Of a stretch of DNA of 64,000 nucleotides, positions 1 through 28,430 are shown piece after piece. A program made the position numbers and the translations under genes. The number at the start of each line of letters is the position of its first letter. Positions within the stretch are counted from its first letter, which is position 1. The notes beneath the pieces were generated by a model. The model was not told the DNA's origin. It did not search any database and saw only the letters and a list, made by a program, of their open reading frames with translations. The stretch is taken from assembly GCF_009914755.1 (NCBI RefSeq), contig NC_060932.1, one strand, 5' to 3'. The stretch comes from the human T2T-CHM13v2.0 reference genome, Homo sapiens.

Positions 1-85
1 TGGCTGTAGAGGGGCTCACCTCACCGAGGAGCTGGGGGAAAGGTGTCAACTGGCCCTGTTCACACTGCCTCCAGGTGGGCCATAC

Positions 86-1253
86 CTGTGGGGCGAGCGA
101 GGAACACGAAGCGGACCCAGGAGGGGCCCCGCTCCTCCACGGACAGCAGTGTCTCGGGCTCACAGTGCAGCCCCGCCTCCTCCTTCACCTCCCGCTGCAG
201 CGCCTCCACGATGGTCTCCCCTGGCTCCATTCTCCCCGCAGGCAGGTACCACGACCCCCGGCACTCCCTCTTGGCCTCCTGGATCAGTAGCACCTCATCC
301 TGAGAGGAGAGAGGATCCTCACTTCCTGCCACAGCCTTCCCTCGCCCCGGGACCAGGGGGCATCTCAAACACAGTCGCCCAAGACTCCCCTCTGGGTGGA
401 CACTCTCAACCCAGCTAGCGCTCCAGGAGACCTGCCCTCGTGTCGCTGGGGGCTGCAGCCCTCTCCTCTCTGCAATTCGTCTCTCTCTGGATTTAGGAAG
501 ACTTCCATTTCAGGAAGGGCTGAGATTCCTGGAAGCCGCTTCAGGGGCTGGAGATGAGGCCCCAGAGTGAGGGTCACCATGTGTCTGTCTGTCTTGGATT
601 GATTTGCGTCTGTACCTGCCACTGTGTATCTCTCGCCTCCAACGGCGTGGTTTACAAACTGTGATGGGTCCTCACACTGGGGTCTGGCTTGAAACACGAC
701 CCCCACCTCCGCTCTGTACAACCCCGCCCTATGGCCCTGGCCCCGTCTAGTTGTCATTACATCGCCCACTACAGGCATCAGCACCAAAGGCCTGAAGGTA
801 AGCCGGGATTGAGCCACTGCTATCTGAGGGGCCCTGGGCACTCCGCTAGACTCTGGGGAAGGGAAGGAATGAGGCCTAGTGGGATGAGACAAACAGGCCC
901 CGGGCCTCAGTTTCCTCTTCTGCATATCGGGACGAACGCAGGACACAGATGCGAGTGGGAGTGGGAGTGCTTTGCAAAACTGGGAAGCGCCACGCACGCG
1001 GCAGCGCTGGCTGTGGCCGTTGGGTCTTCTGTCCCCACCTGGGCTGGCTGCGCGCTCCCGAGGCCCGGCGGGCCCGGGGGCGGCCGCTCACCTGCTCGCT
1101 GAGGAACACGGCCAGCACCACGTAGCACACGTTCTTCCGCAGCCGCACGGGCGCCGGCGGCTCCCCGGCCGGCGCCGAGTCGCAGCTGTGCACGCTGGAC
1201 CCCTGGCCAGCCAGCACGGAAGCCAGCGCCCCCGCCAGGCCCTCCGAGGCCAT
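86..1253 (-). CDS. NUDT18: Nudix hydrolase 18 (MTH3, 8-oxo-dGDP phosphatase), coding exons 1-2; 3' part lies outside the window
   Basis: Exon 1 CDS 1092..1253 ([16 protein letters not shown]...FLSEQ, GTGAG donor). Exon 2 86..299 ([10 protein letters not shown]...ARPTG, CAG acceptor, GTATG donor) contains the Nudix box [23 protein letters not shown]. Confidence 0.97.
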
Positions 1254-1780
1254 CGGGTCCCCCGGGGGGCGGCGGGCCGGATCCTCGCAGACCGACTGAG
1301 CCGAGCCGCGGGCTAGAGTGCGCTGCGGAGCCCGCTCCCAGTCCCTGCGGAGCCCGCTCCCAGTCCCTGCGGCAGCGGGCCGGGAGCTCACGAGAACGCG
1401 GAAGCGCACGCGAACGCGGAAGCGCACGCGAGCTCTGGCCGCTGATAGGCTGCGCGGCGCCGCGGCCTGCCCGGATTGGCCGGCCCGCGGCATTCACCGA
1501 GGGGGCGGGGCCGCCCGGGGCCGCCCTGGAACTGGGTGGGCACGGGTCCGGAGCCCAGCGGACCCCGCCCGGCTTCTGCCGCCTGTCAGTCCCGTGCGCT
1601 CGGGACGTCTCCCAGCCGCCACCCGCTCGCCAACTCCCCGAGCGCGCACTGGTCTGCAGGAGCTCCGACGGTGACGTCATCTTTCCTGCAGGGCGCGTTG
1701 CGCCGCCGGGGTAGGCGACGGTGACGCGACAATCCGGTGACGTCACGGAGGCCCGGGGCCGCCCCCTGGAACCACTGTCC
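950..1780. promoter_or_regulatory. CpG island / NUDT18 promoter
   Basis: Dense CpG; GC box near 1502-1510; ATTGG (CCAAT on minus) near 1475; two perfect TGACGTCA palindromes at 1672-1679 and 1738-1745. Confidence 0.85.
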
Positions 1781-2757
1781 CGCTGTTGCCGTAAACACAC
1801 AATGGCATTGCCGGAGTTGATCATATCCCAAATACCTTTCTTCTCATTCCACCAAAGAGTTATAAATGTCACATGGCCCGTGGGGTGGGGGACATAAACC
1901 CCTGCCTTGAAGGAGATTCTGCAATAGTTGGAGAGATGGACGGAGTCCTAGATGAGGAGTCAGCTGAGGGTTCGAGGCTAAGTGCTAAATGCTTGGTTTG
2001 GGCAGGAAGAGTGACAGGCGCTGGAAGGAGGGAGGGGGCAGGGCTGGGGATGGCGGGAGGGGTCCGGGGCTGAGAGAAGGCTGCCGTCAGCCGGCCCACC
2101 CTCATCAGTGTCCCTCTGCCTACCGCATTTCCCACGCAGCTCAAGGCCCTCTCTGCTGCAGATGGTGCGCCCTGGGAGGGCGGGGGTGGGGCCCTGCTCC
2201 TCCATCCTTGTCGTCACCCTCCCACCCAGCGTGCAGGACCTGGCGCGTGGAGAGCAGGGTGGGGGTGGTTGTGGCGAGCGCCTGCTCCTCTCCCAGCTCG
2301 GCCTTTCCTCCTTCACCCCCCCTCAGCACTGGAAGGCAAAGCCAGCTGGAAGGGATCTGCGAAGCAGGCCGTCTGGCTCCTCACCTGGCAGAGGCCACCC
2401 CTTTCCTCTGCCTCTGATAGTTTTGTGCGCCTCCCTGCTAGGGAGACTGTGGCTTGGTGGTGTGGACAAAGCTCAGGACCTGCAGCCAGATGGCCAGCCA
2501 CTGCTGACTGGCTTGCTCTGTGCTCCTGGGTGAGCTGTGGGCCTCAATTTTCTTATTTGTAGAGCAGGATCATAGCAATTCTTCTTTTACAGGGGTGTTG
2601 GGAAGCCACAACAATTGGAGAGGAGCTGTGTGGATTGTCCAGCACTGGGCACCGTCCCCAGGCAGCCCACCAACCCTCAGGGGTGGTCCCTCTCCACCAT
2701 AGCTCTTGCTACCACACGCAAGGCCTGCCCTCATGAAATGTGACTTTTGTTATCCCC

Positions 2758-3050
2758 TAGAGTCAGGGTTTCACTCTGTTGCTCAGATTGGAGGTGCAGT
2801 GGCGTGATCACAGCTCCTACTGCAGACTTGATCTCTTGGATTCGAGTCATCCTCCTGCCTCAGACTCCTGAGTAGCTGGGACTGCAGGTGTGCACCACCA
2901 CGCCTGGCTAAATTTTTAATTTTTAATTCTTTGTAGAAACGAGGGTCTTGCTGTATTGCCCAGGCTGGTCTTGAACTCCTGGCCTCAGTGATCCTCCCGC
3001 CTTGGCCTTCCAAAGTGCTGTGGTTGCAGGCATGAGCCACCATGCCTGGC
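2758..3050 (-). mobile_element. Alu SINE (old, AluJ-like)
   Basis: Reverse-complement Alu dimer (...gcagtggcgtgatcacagctc...ccttggccttccaaagtgctg...gagccaccatgcctggc). Confidence 0.9.
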
Positions 3051-3325
3051 GAAATGTGCCTGTAGAGCTGCCTTAGAACTGGACTCAGGAACTTCAGCAA
3101 CGCAGGATGCATCTCTTTAGGCTCCTCTCACCTGCTGATACTGACCACAGGCTCCCTGGAGGCAGGGCCCTGTGTTAGGCTGTGGGATATCACTAGAAGG
3201 CCCATGAATTTTGAGGCACTTGCTGAACGCCGCTGGGCCAGGCCCTATCATGGACCTCTCACCTTCCAAATAACTGCAGGCACAGGACCCCAGGACTGCA
3301 GAGCAACTTGTCAACATATTTGCTC

Positions 3326-3360
3326 TGTGTGTGTGTGTGTGTGTGTGTATGTGTGTGTGT
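3326..3360. repeat. (TG)n microsatellite, interrupted
   Basis: tgtgtg...tatgtgtgtgtgt run. Confidence 0.95.
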
Positions 3361-4196
3361 CTTGCGGCACACACATGTGTGAATCCCTCAGTTTTCCCAC
3401 CTGTGAAGTGGGGGAAGTTGGACCCAGACTCCTGTCTGCCTCGCAGGGATGATTTGAGAGAGTGAGATCATGTCTAGGCAGGGATCTGGGAGCTTCAGAG
3501 GCAGCCTAAGGTAAACAACAGAAGGCCTCACTGCCCAGAGAGCAAAGACCGCAGCAAACCGTGGCTCCACGCCTCCCATTATCCCGGGGGGTAAAGCCCT
3601 CCCCCAAAGCCTCTTGTAAACTGTGAAGGGAGTGCTGAGACAACAAAGAGGCAGGAGTTCCCAAGGCCTTGGGAGAGAACAGCAGTGAGACAGAGGCTGG
3701 AGAGGCCCTGAGACAAGGGAGGCAGCTGAGGGAGGACGGGAGGCTAGATAGGAACCACCAGTGTCCCCATCAAGTCAACTGTGTGTCCTCCAGTCACAGA
3801 GAGGGAAGAACCCTGGCCAGTGTGGCGGGCCGCACAGTATGGTGAATGGGAGTAGCTTAATGCTCCCAGCACCCATGGGAGCCAAGCCAGAGCCAGCCGT
3901 TTCAGGGCATATGTGCGCATGTGCGGTGGGGGTGGGATGGGGGGAGCACAGGAGCAGGAAGGCCTGGGTAGGCGACCATGGGGATGGGGATGGGGATAGG
4001 GACAGGCAGGGCAAGGTTGTATCAGGGCATCTGTGATGCTAGAGCCATGGACAGAGCAACAAGGCCTGTGTCTTGACAAGGTAGGAAGGTGAGGAGGGCA
4101 GGAACCCAAGCTACAGCGGGAGAGGGAGGGCTGGCCACAGGCTAGCTCTCTGAGGGACCCTGGGGACGCCACATCTACCCTCCAGGCCATCTGTCA

Positions 4197-4438
4197 AATG
4201 CAGGCATGGTTGGATCCTGGAACAGAAAAAGGGCATTCATGAAAAAACTGGTGAAATCCTGGTGAGGCCTGTTGCTTCGTTCGTAGTGTGGTATCAATAT
4301 TAATGTCGTAGTTTTGATCAAGGCACCATGGTTATGTAAGATGTTCACAATAGGGGAGGCTGGGTGAAGGATAATTGGGAACTTCCTGTGCTATCTTTGT
4401 GACTCAGCTGTAAATCTAAAATTATTTCAAAATAAAAA
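4197..4438 (+). mobile_element. Ancient L1 (L1M-type) 3' end fragment
   Basis: Resembles old L1 3'UTR (ggatcctggaacagaaaaag...tgtaagatgttcacaataggggaggctgggtgaagg...tgtaaatctaaaattatttcaaaataaaaa); recognised from memory, subfamily uncertain. Confidence 0.7.
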
Positions 4439-4993
4439 GCCTGAGCATGTATATTCAGGGCAACTCGAATCTATGCTCCTGGGTAAAAAGGGAAAATAAA
4501 AAGTCTGAGAATTTTATCAGAGAAAAGGAAAGAAGGCATTGGGTATGCAACCCTGCGCTCACTTCCAGCTTGGCTGGTTGTATGTCTGGGATTTCTGAGC
4601 GACAGAGGGGCTGCAGGCAGAGCACAGCTGGTAGACCCTGTGAGCAGCAGAGGCCCAAGGGTCTCTGAGGAACAGTGCCACCGAGTGCCCCAAGACGAGT
4701 CTCCGAGTCAGTCCCTACCTGGTCCGGCTGCATTCTCAGGAACAGTGCTGGAACAAATGAACATTGATTCACTTCTGTTTACAAAGAGACCAAATATGTC
4801 CTCAAGGGCATTGTGACCCACCTGGAAGGCCAGAGGCGGTTAAGAGGAGATAAGGTCTTGAGGGGAAGACAGAGGTTCAGTGGTGCACTGTTCCCACCCC
4901 AATGGGTAAAATTCAGAGAACCATCTTCCCACAGGAAATACCCCAGATTTGGGGTTCTGAGGTGACATCAGGACATGGCTACAGAAGATGAAG

Positions 4994-5325
<332 letters not shown>

Positions 5326-5608
5326 TCAGCTATAAAGCACGTACATTGGAAGAAGAAGGACAGAGAGGAGGGCAAGCCTGTCTTTAAATTCCACTAAGAG
5401 TTAAGACTATAATGTACACAAGGTGTCTTGACTCAGAAAACTTGGTTCAAATCCCAGTTCTTCCACTAAAATTGCTATGCGACCTTGGGTAATTTACTTA
5501 ATTGTAGCTTGCCTGTTTCTTCTTCTGTAAAATGGAAATAAATCCTATCTGTCTTAAAATCCTGATAACGGATTAACTGAGATCATTTTAATGAAAGGGA
5601 TTAAATGA

Positions 5609-5965
<357 letters not shown>

Positions 5966-6390
5966 TAAATGAAAACAAAAGCAAAGTAAACTGTAGAGTT
6001 CTCAGTTTTTTCTTTTCTTTTCTCCTCTTTATCCCATAAAAAAATGAAAATAACTGAGTTCTCCAAACAATGAAAGAAGCCCTACATTTTTTTTTTAAAT
6101 AAAGCATAGTTTTGTAAATCATGGCAAAGCCACTTAATGGAATATAAGCAGTCATTTAAAATGAAGATTAGGTAGCAACACAGAAAATGATTATGATATG
6201 GTGTCGAAAGAAAGAAACCAAGGACAAAACACAGCAATCCAGCTATGTGCACAGCAAATCCTTGGGGAAAGCACTGGGAGGGAATATGCCAAAATACTCA
6301 TAGTAGTTGGAGGTGTGTAATGATGGGCTAGAAGGTGACTTTCTTATTTTCTGAATGTTCTGAAAGTATATTACCCTTATAATAAAAAAC

Positions 6391-6396
6391 TTTATT
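6391..6396 (-). terminator. Probable distal HR polyadenylation signal (AATAAA on minus)
   Basis: tttatt at 6391-6396, about 1.26 kb past the HR stop, where GC-rich UTR gives way to AT-rich DNA. Confidence 0.7.
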
Positions 6397-7652
6397 TAAT
6401 AAAAAAAAATTCCCCAAACCACAGCAGGAACAATTAGGTATGACAAGAGTGGGAGTGTTTTTCTTTGTAGGGCTGAGATACACAAAGGAAGCGGGAGAGG
6501 GCGGAGCGCCACCAGGAGGCTGCGGGCGTGGAGCGGGGACAAGGAGGGGTCGGCTGTCTGAAGCAGTCAGGCTCAGTCCCAGGGTGGCTGGGCCTGGCGT
6601 CGGCCATGGCCACTGCCACCAAGGGCAGACAGGCGGGGCAAGGGCTCTTCTGGGCCATACTTCTGGATCTCCAGGTCAGGGTAGACGGGAGAGATGGGGC
6701 GGACTGGAGCTTGCTGGGTGGAGTAGGGCTCGGGAGTCTCTGCACAGGGAGGTCACCTCGTGGCTGTGCCCCAGGACTCTGCCTTGCCTGCTCTTGCACT
6801 CAGGAGCATCTTTGGGGGACAGCCCCCCACCCCACCCAAAGTCTCCTCAGTGGGAGGCAAGGCCCCAGGCCCCAGACGAAGAGCAGGCAGTGGTGTCCTG
6901 TCCCTTGGGCCCCAGCTCCGGGCTGCCCTACTCCATTTGTCTCTAAGGCAGATTTCCATGTCCCCCTCCCTCCCTGGACCATGTGGCCTGCAGGGGCAGG
7001 GCCAACCACACTGGCAGCAGTCACAAAACAACAGACTTTAATGGAAATCATGAAGGAGGGAAGCGGGCGGACCGGGAAGGGGCTGAGTGACATCGCCCAT
7101 GCCGCTCCCTCCGCCAAGCCTGAGCAGCTCCTGATGCCACCCTCTCCTCACACTCCCCAGATCTTTTGGCAGGAGGGCAGAAGGTTGGAGGCCCCTTGTT
7201 CAGCATGCCTGCAGTGAGCCCAGTGAGGATGCGGTGGTAGAAACGGAGCTGGGGCAGTAGAGTGGGCTCAGCGGGAGTGAGCAGCAGGAGGAGGTGTTGT
7301 TTAAGCCAGAATGATTCCCAAGTTTCCCCAAGGAAGGGCTGTTTGTCTCCTGGGTCTCGGAGGAGTGGGGATTGGAGGAAGTCAATTGCCCCCAGTGCGG
7401 GCCTGGTACCATGAAAAGGGGCACAGGGTGGGGGAGATGCCAGCCTGAGAAGGACAGGTGTGAGCTTGGTGGCACTGTGGTTGTTGGCTTAAGGGGGAGG
7501 GGAACAGAGTGCCCTGCTTGTGCCCAGAGTGGTGCTTGTGGGGTTGACCAGAAATCCCCAAGTCCCCTAGCGCCATCCCCTGCTGAAGTTGTGCCTGGGC
7601 TGAGCACCTGGTCTACCTGTCCCCACCCCGATCCCAGACACCTAGCATCCCT

Positions 7653-21172
<13,520 letters not shown>

Positions 21173-22382
21173 TCAAAGCATGAGCTTCTGGGGCACATGT
21201 CCCAAGCACCTTACAGCCTGGCACAGAGTGGGCACCGCCCTGGCAACACTGAGGCAGCTCAAACCAGTAAGGCAAGTGCCAGCCCACAACTGGGCACCAT
21301 GCTGCCTCTCCACATGCAGCCAGACACATCTTGCTCCTCCAGTGTGGGGATGTTACCCCTTCCCCAAATTCCACCTGGGCCAGTGCCCCTCAGCGGAGGC
21401 TGCCATTGCTAGTAGGGCATGTCCTGGCCTCACCAAGCTAGGAATCTGCTCACGACCCATGAGGGAGGACAGAAAGTGGAAGGCACTGAATGAAGAAAAA
21501 GGCTGGATCCTGAGCCTGACTCTGTCCTATGCTGTATGGCCTTGGGCAAATCATGTCACTCCTCTGGGCCTCAGTGTGCCCTTGAGGCTTGGGTCGGCTC
21601 AGAGGATTCTTCCCATCCTGCAATCCGTGGTTTTGGGGGTGCTGCTAGCCCAACCCTAGCCTACAGCCCCAGCCAGGCTTGTAGCCGTGGGAAGTGCAGG
21701 CCTGGCAGGCTGGAGTCGCTGGGGAAGGCTGCCAGCCAGGGCCGCTGGCTGTGTCTCTCTCTACACCTGGGCGGCCCTGAGTCAGCCTCTTCCCAGAGCC
21801 CTGCAGTTTCTCGGCTTCTCAAGCAGAGTCCCAGGACAACTGCAGGGGGCTAGGAACCCCGCCCTGGCCCCCAGCGGGAAGAGCGCGCCGGCACAGGGGA
21901 GGGGGATTAAGAAGCCTCAGCTGGATGGGTCAAGCTGCCCTAGCCCAGCCAGCAGTGCCAGGGCAGCCGCCACCGCCGCTGGAAACTTCAGCCTGGCGGG
22001 GAGGGGAGAGGGAAGGAGGCGGGGAAAGCGGGCTGGGCCCCAGAGAGAGGCAAGGGAGGGAAAATTGAACGTGCGTGCAAGGGACCAGGATGACAGGTGG
22101 CACTAGAGCGGCAGCGCTGCCTTGGCGCGGTCCCTTCGGCCAGAGCGACGAAGCCCCAGGCGGGAGGTGACGGCGCAGTGGCAGAGGGCGCCCAGGTTTT
22201 CTGGAGCCACCGCTCCGCCGTGGTCTGGCCGCGTCGGGCTTCCTAACTTTCAGGTGTCAGAATGTGTGGCCCAGCCCACAGGGGCACGGGGAACACGCTC
22301 CGTACGGGCACCGCAGGCTCGGCTCAGAAATCCCCCGCCACGAGTGTCCCCAGACGGCGCGCTCCTGGCGCTTACCTGGGCT

Positions 22383-22448
22383 TCACCGGCCGGTCGCGGC
22401 GCGGGCGGTGGCGGTCGTCGTGGCCGGCACCGGGCGCCTGCTCCCCAT
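22383..22448 (-). CDS. HR uORF3 (21 aa, MGSRRPVPATTTATARAATGR*)
   Basis: ATG at 22448, in-frame TGA at 22383-22385 inside exon 1. Confidence 0.65.
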   Translation of the reverse strand: MGSRRPVPATTTATARAATGR

Positions 22449-22551
22449 GGGCCAGCTCCGGGGCCTCCCGGCCGGCGGGCGAGGACGCGTTCTCCCGCTC
22501 TGTCTGCTCAGCGCGCTCGCGCTCTCCTTCCCCCGGGGCGGCGGGGGCGCT

Positions 22552-23517
<966 letters not shown>

Positions 23518-25369
23518 TCATCCTCACCTGGCCAAGCTGCTCTTTGCCATCTTCCACCCCAAACCCTTCCCAAACCTCTTCCAGAGCCCAAGGGCACAAA
23601 GGGTTGCGTCCTAGGACCTCTGGGAGGGCCTGGGCTTGGGTCTGTCCCTGGTCTAAGGGCCTTGATTTTGCCAAATGTCTGGAGAGGTCATGGGCCCAGA
23701 TGAGCTCCGACACCGGCTCCAGACCCCGGGCTGTGAGGGTCTGCCCCATCCCCAGGGTTCCTGGTGCTTCCAGGCCAGGGGCTGGAGAGGCGCCCATGGG
23801 AGTGGCTCCCGGGAGAGTGCAGAGAGGAGGAGAGGAAATGGAAAAGCAGGGCACCCTCCACCCGAGGAAGCATCCCGGCTCCGCTGCGGGGGTGGTTCCA
23901 GTGCAGACACAAACAGACAGATTCAAACACACACAGACAGATTCAGACTCACACAGAAACCCACACGCCCAACGGGCGCTTCCCTTCCCCTCAGGCACCC
24001 ACCTCCCACCCTCGGCTCCCCTGCCTCCCTGCGGAAGCCAACCTTGGCCTGCCTGGGACAGAAGCTGCACTCCCTCTTTCCCATCCCTTGCAAGCGATGG
24101 GTTCTGGATGCCTCTAGCTTGGTCCCAAGTCACACCACCATCCCTGCAGAGGGGAGCCCTGAATAGCCAGGAGCCTTCCTCCTAAGGGATGAGCAAGGCC
24201 TAGAGCCTTCTACCGGTTGAGAAGAGTGGGGGTCCTGGGGAGCGGGGGTCTAAAGGAGCGGGCACTGGGCCGGACTTGGGCCATGTTGGCATCCATTCAC
24301 CCTGCCCCTGGCCTGCCCCCAGAGGCCAGTTCTGTGGCAAGGCAGGCTGGTAGGGGTTGTTTACATGACTGAGTTAGTAACACTCCCTTCCTCCCCAGCT
24401 CCCCTGAGGGTGGCTGGGACCTGAGTGTGCCAGGGGAGATGCTTGTAGAGGGTCTAACATGGACTGGAGGCCCCAGGCCCTGAGGCCCGGCCTCCCACTC
24501 CCAGGCTGGCTCCAGGGGTGAAGGTAAGGGCTGGGGTGTGTCTGTGGTCCCCCATCTGTGTTCTCTGTGCTCCCTCCTCAGCAGCCGAAGCTTGTGGGAG
24601 TGCCAGGGGGAGATTCCTGCGGCTTGGGGCCTCGGAGAGGCCAAGATGGGAGCCTGCGCTGTCCAGAACCCTGAGGACCTATCGCTGACATCCCCAAAGG
24701 GGATGGGGACTATCCCAGGGGAGTGGGGCAGATATCCCCCCCAACCCCAGTTGCCATGTCTGCTTTGTCAGGCCACGGTCCCTGGACTAGAGTAGCAGGG
24801 CTCTTGGGGACAGGCTCCTGAAAAGCCCAGGGGCTCGTGGGGACTCGCGGGATGGGAGGAAGGACCCCTTCCCCACCCTCGCCCAGCTCCCCATCCCGCT
24901 TTGGAGCCCATGCCACAGGCCCACAGAGTCCTTGTAGCCGGCTGTTCTGTGCCTGAAGACGGAGCAGAGCTGAGGAGACACACAAAAGACACAAACACAG
25001 AAGAAAAGCCACACGGCGCGTGGACACAATGCCAGACTTGTGGACAAAGGCAAGCTGACCAGCACCCCCAGCCATTCAGGGGCCAAGCCCCAGCCCCGCA
25101 CCGACCCCTGGCTCACTGACACACACTCACTCGCTGACACACGCTCGTGCTGACGGGCACAGCAGCACTCACGAGCCGGCGGCCCTCATGCCATCCCCAG
25201 AGCCCCTTACCTGGGCAAGCACAGTGCCCCCCAGGCGGAGCAGCCCCCGGCCCAGGGGAGGGCAGCAGGCGGGGGCGGGGGAAGGAGCCCCGGAGAGTCA
25301 GGCCAAGCTGCCACTAATCCGGGCGGGGAGAGGGGGGGCACCCACGTCAGAGCGGGGACTGCCGGGTGG

Positions 25370-25385
25370 AGGGCATCTGAGGACA
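25370..25385 (+). promoter_or_regulatory. DR4 thyroid hormone response element upstream of HR
   Basis: AGGGCA-tctg-AGGACA direct repeat with 4-nt spacer; HR is a known T3-induced gene. Confidence 0.8.
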
Positions 25386-27458
25386 TCCCCTCCCACACAC
25401 GCGGCCGTCTGGGCACCTAGCCCTGCTTCCCCAGCCCCTCCATCCTTCAGACAGCTGAGGCTGGCCTCCCCCCACCCCACCCCCCACCCTGTGGCAACGC
25501 CTGGTGGGGGATGGGGAAGGGGGAATACCAGGCGAATTCTCCCGGGACCCGCGGGGGTGGGGGCAGGGTGTGGGGAGGAGGGGAAGGGAAGTGTGGGGAT
25601 GCGTTTGGAACCCGGAGGAAGCTCCAAAGCAGATGCCGCCATCCCCTCCCGCCCACCCACCTACATCCCTAACCTAATTCCTCTTCTCAGTCTGCACCTC
25701 CCAGTGCGCTTCCTCCTCCCCCCACCTCCCCTCCCCTCCAGGTTACCCCCACAAGCTACCCACCGGGGAGAGGAAGCCAGCTCCACTCTGCCCTGGGCTT
25801 GAGACCTTTGTGCCTACCCGGAAACACCAACTGTGGCCCCCAGGACTTCTCCAGCAGCAGAGAATCCTCCTCCTGCCCAGGCGTCTGCCCCCTACCCAGC
25901 TCTTGAGACCTCTGGTCCCTGATGCTGGGTAGAGGATGGAGCCAGAGGCTGAGTGCCACCTCCTTAACCCCCTCAAGGTGGAGGGCAGTGCCAACCAGGA
26001 TGCCCCAACCCAGCCTGGGCCAGGGCTGTGTCAGAACTAGAGGCTAATCAGTGACAGCTAAAAATACAGCCAGTGCGTGCGGCGCACATGGAGGCTGGAG
26101 ACGGGGAAGGGGACCAGGACACGGAGGGCCCCAGGCCTAGAGGGACAGTGATGGGGGCTGAAGAGTCAGGGAGGGAGAGGAGCCACCTGGAAGGGCCAAG
26201 GGATGGCTGTGGGTGGAGAGCAGAGAGAAGAGAGGGGCAAGAACAGAGGGCGATCCGCACCCAGAAACCAGGGTGGATATGCAGGAACCCCTCAAAAGCA
26301 GACAAGCTGCAGGGGAGGTGAGGAGTGAGACCAGGGCACAAACCAAGTGGGGCAGGGGCCAGGACCCAGCAGAGGTGTGCAGCTCTAAGGGGACTGGCTG
26401 TGGCAGCTTTGTGTCCCCACCAGCCCTGATCCTGCTCGTGGCCCACTGTCTGGTGGCGAGAAGAGGGTTGGGGGTGCTTAGGCAGGCTGGCATGCAGCCT
26501 CCTCTTCCAAGAGAGGCCAGGCCAGAGGGGGTGGAGGGTGAGACAGTAACCCCCTCCAGTGTGCAACTGGAGGCAAAGTGTGCAACTGCTGGGCAAAGGT
26601 GAGGTCTCAGGGGTTCTCAGAGAGGCAGGGCTGGCTCTCAGGGAAGCCCAGTTGACAACCAGTGCCCTGAGCCTCCGGGTCCCATGTGTGCTCACCCAGA
26701 AATGCCCCAGAATTTGGACTTCTCCTGGCTCCTTCCCCTCTGTCCCCAGCATGTGTTGGAATTCATACAACTGCAGTCAGCCGTTCACCAAACCCGTGTT
26801 CTAGGGGCCTTGGCATGTTCAAGGCTTGGCGGTGGGCCCCAGGCGATGCAGGGCACAAAGGCAGAAATCACGAGGCCATCCCACCCGCCCGGCCTCCCCC
26901 ACCCAGAACATATGGTCACTTCACGCATTTGTTCTTTCACCAGCAAAACTCCTCCAGGCTTCTTAGGTATTGGCCCTGTGCTGGGCGCTGGGGGTGTTGG
27001 GCTTGTTCATGAATGATTACAAGATGCTTCTAGTCCCACCCTGGGGAAGTCAGGGGAACTTCATGGAGGAGATCAGAGAATGAGATCAGGACTTCACCAC
27101 CCAGTCGCGAAGTTACAAAAGTATTTCACTTCGGTTAGACCATTTGTTCCAGGCTGAGCTACAACAGTGTGTAAAATACGTCTGTCCTTTATGAAGTCAC
27201 AACACAGTGGGGGAGAAAAGGTCACATGCTCAAGGCAACAACAGAAGTCTGTGCAAGAACAGAGGTGGTGTGGTCCAGACAGCAAACCACTCCGAGGTGA
27301 GGGAGTGCTTGCGGAGGGCTTCCAGTGGAGGTGATGTCTCAGTGGGGTTCAAAGGGCAAGTAGAAATGGGACAGAGTTGGATGGTGGAGGAAGAGCATGT
27401 CAGAGGCCAGCACGCATAGGGCCACACGGAGCCATGAGACAGTCTGATGAGATGGTGA

Positions 27459-28430
<972 letters not shown>

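Noticed and set aside
907-1872. 321-aa minus-strand ORF over the NUDT18 promoter and exon 1
   Set aside because: Different frame from NUDT18; Arg/Gly/Pro/Ala-rich with no domain; expected by chance in a CpG island.
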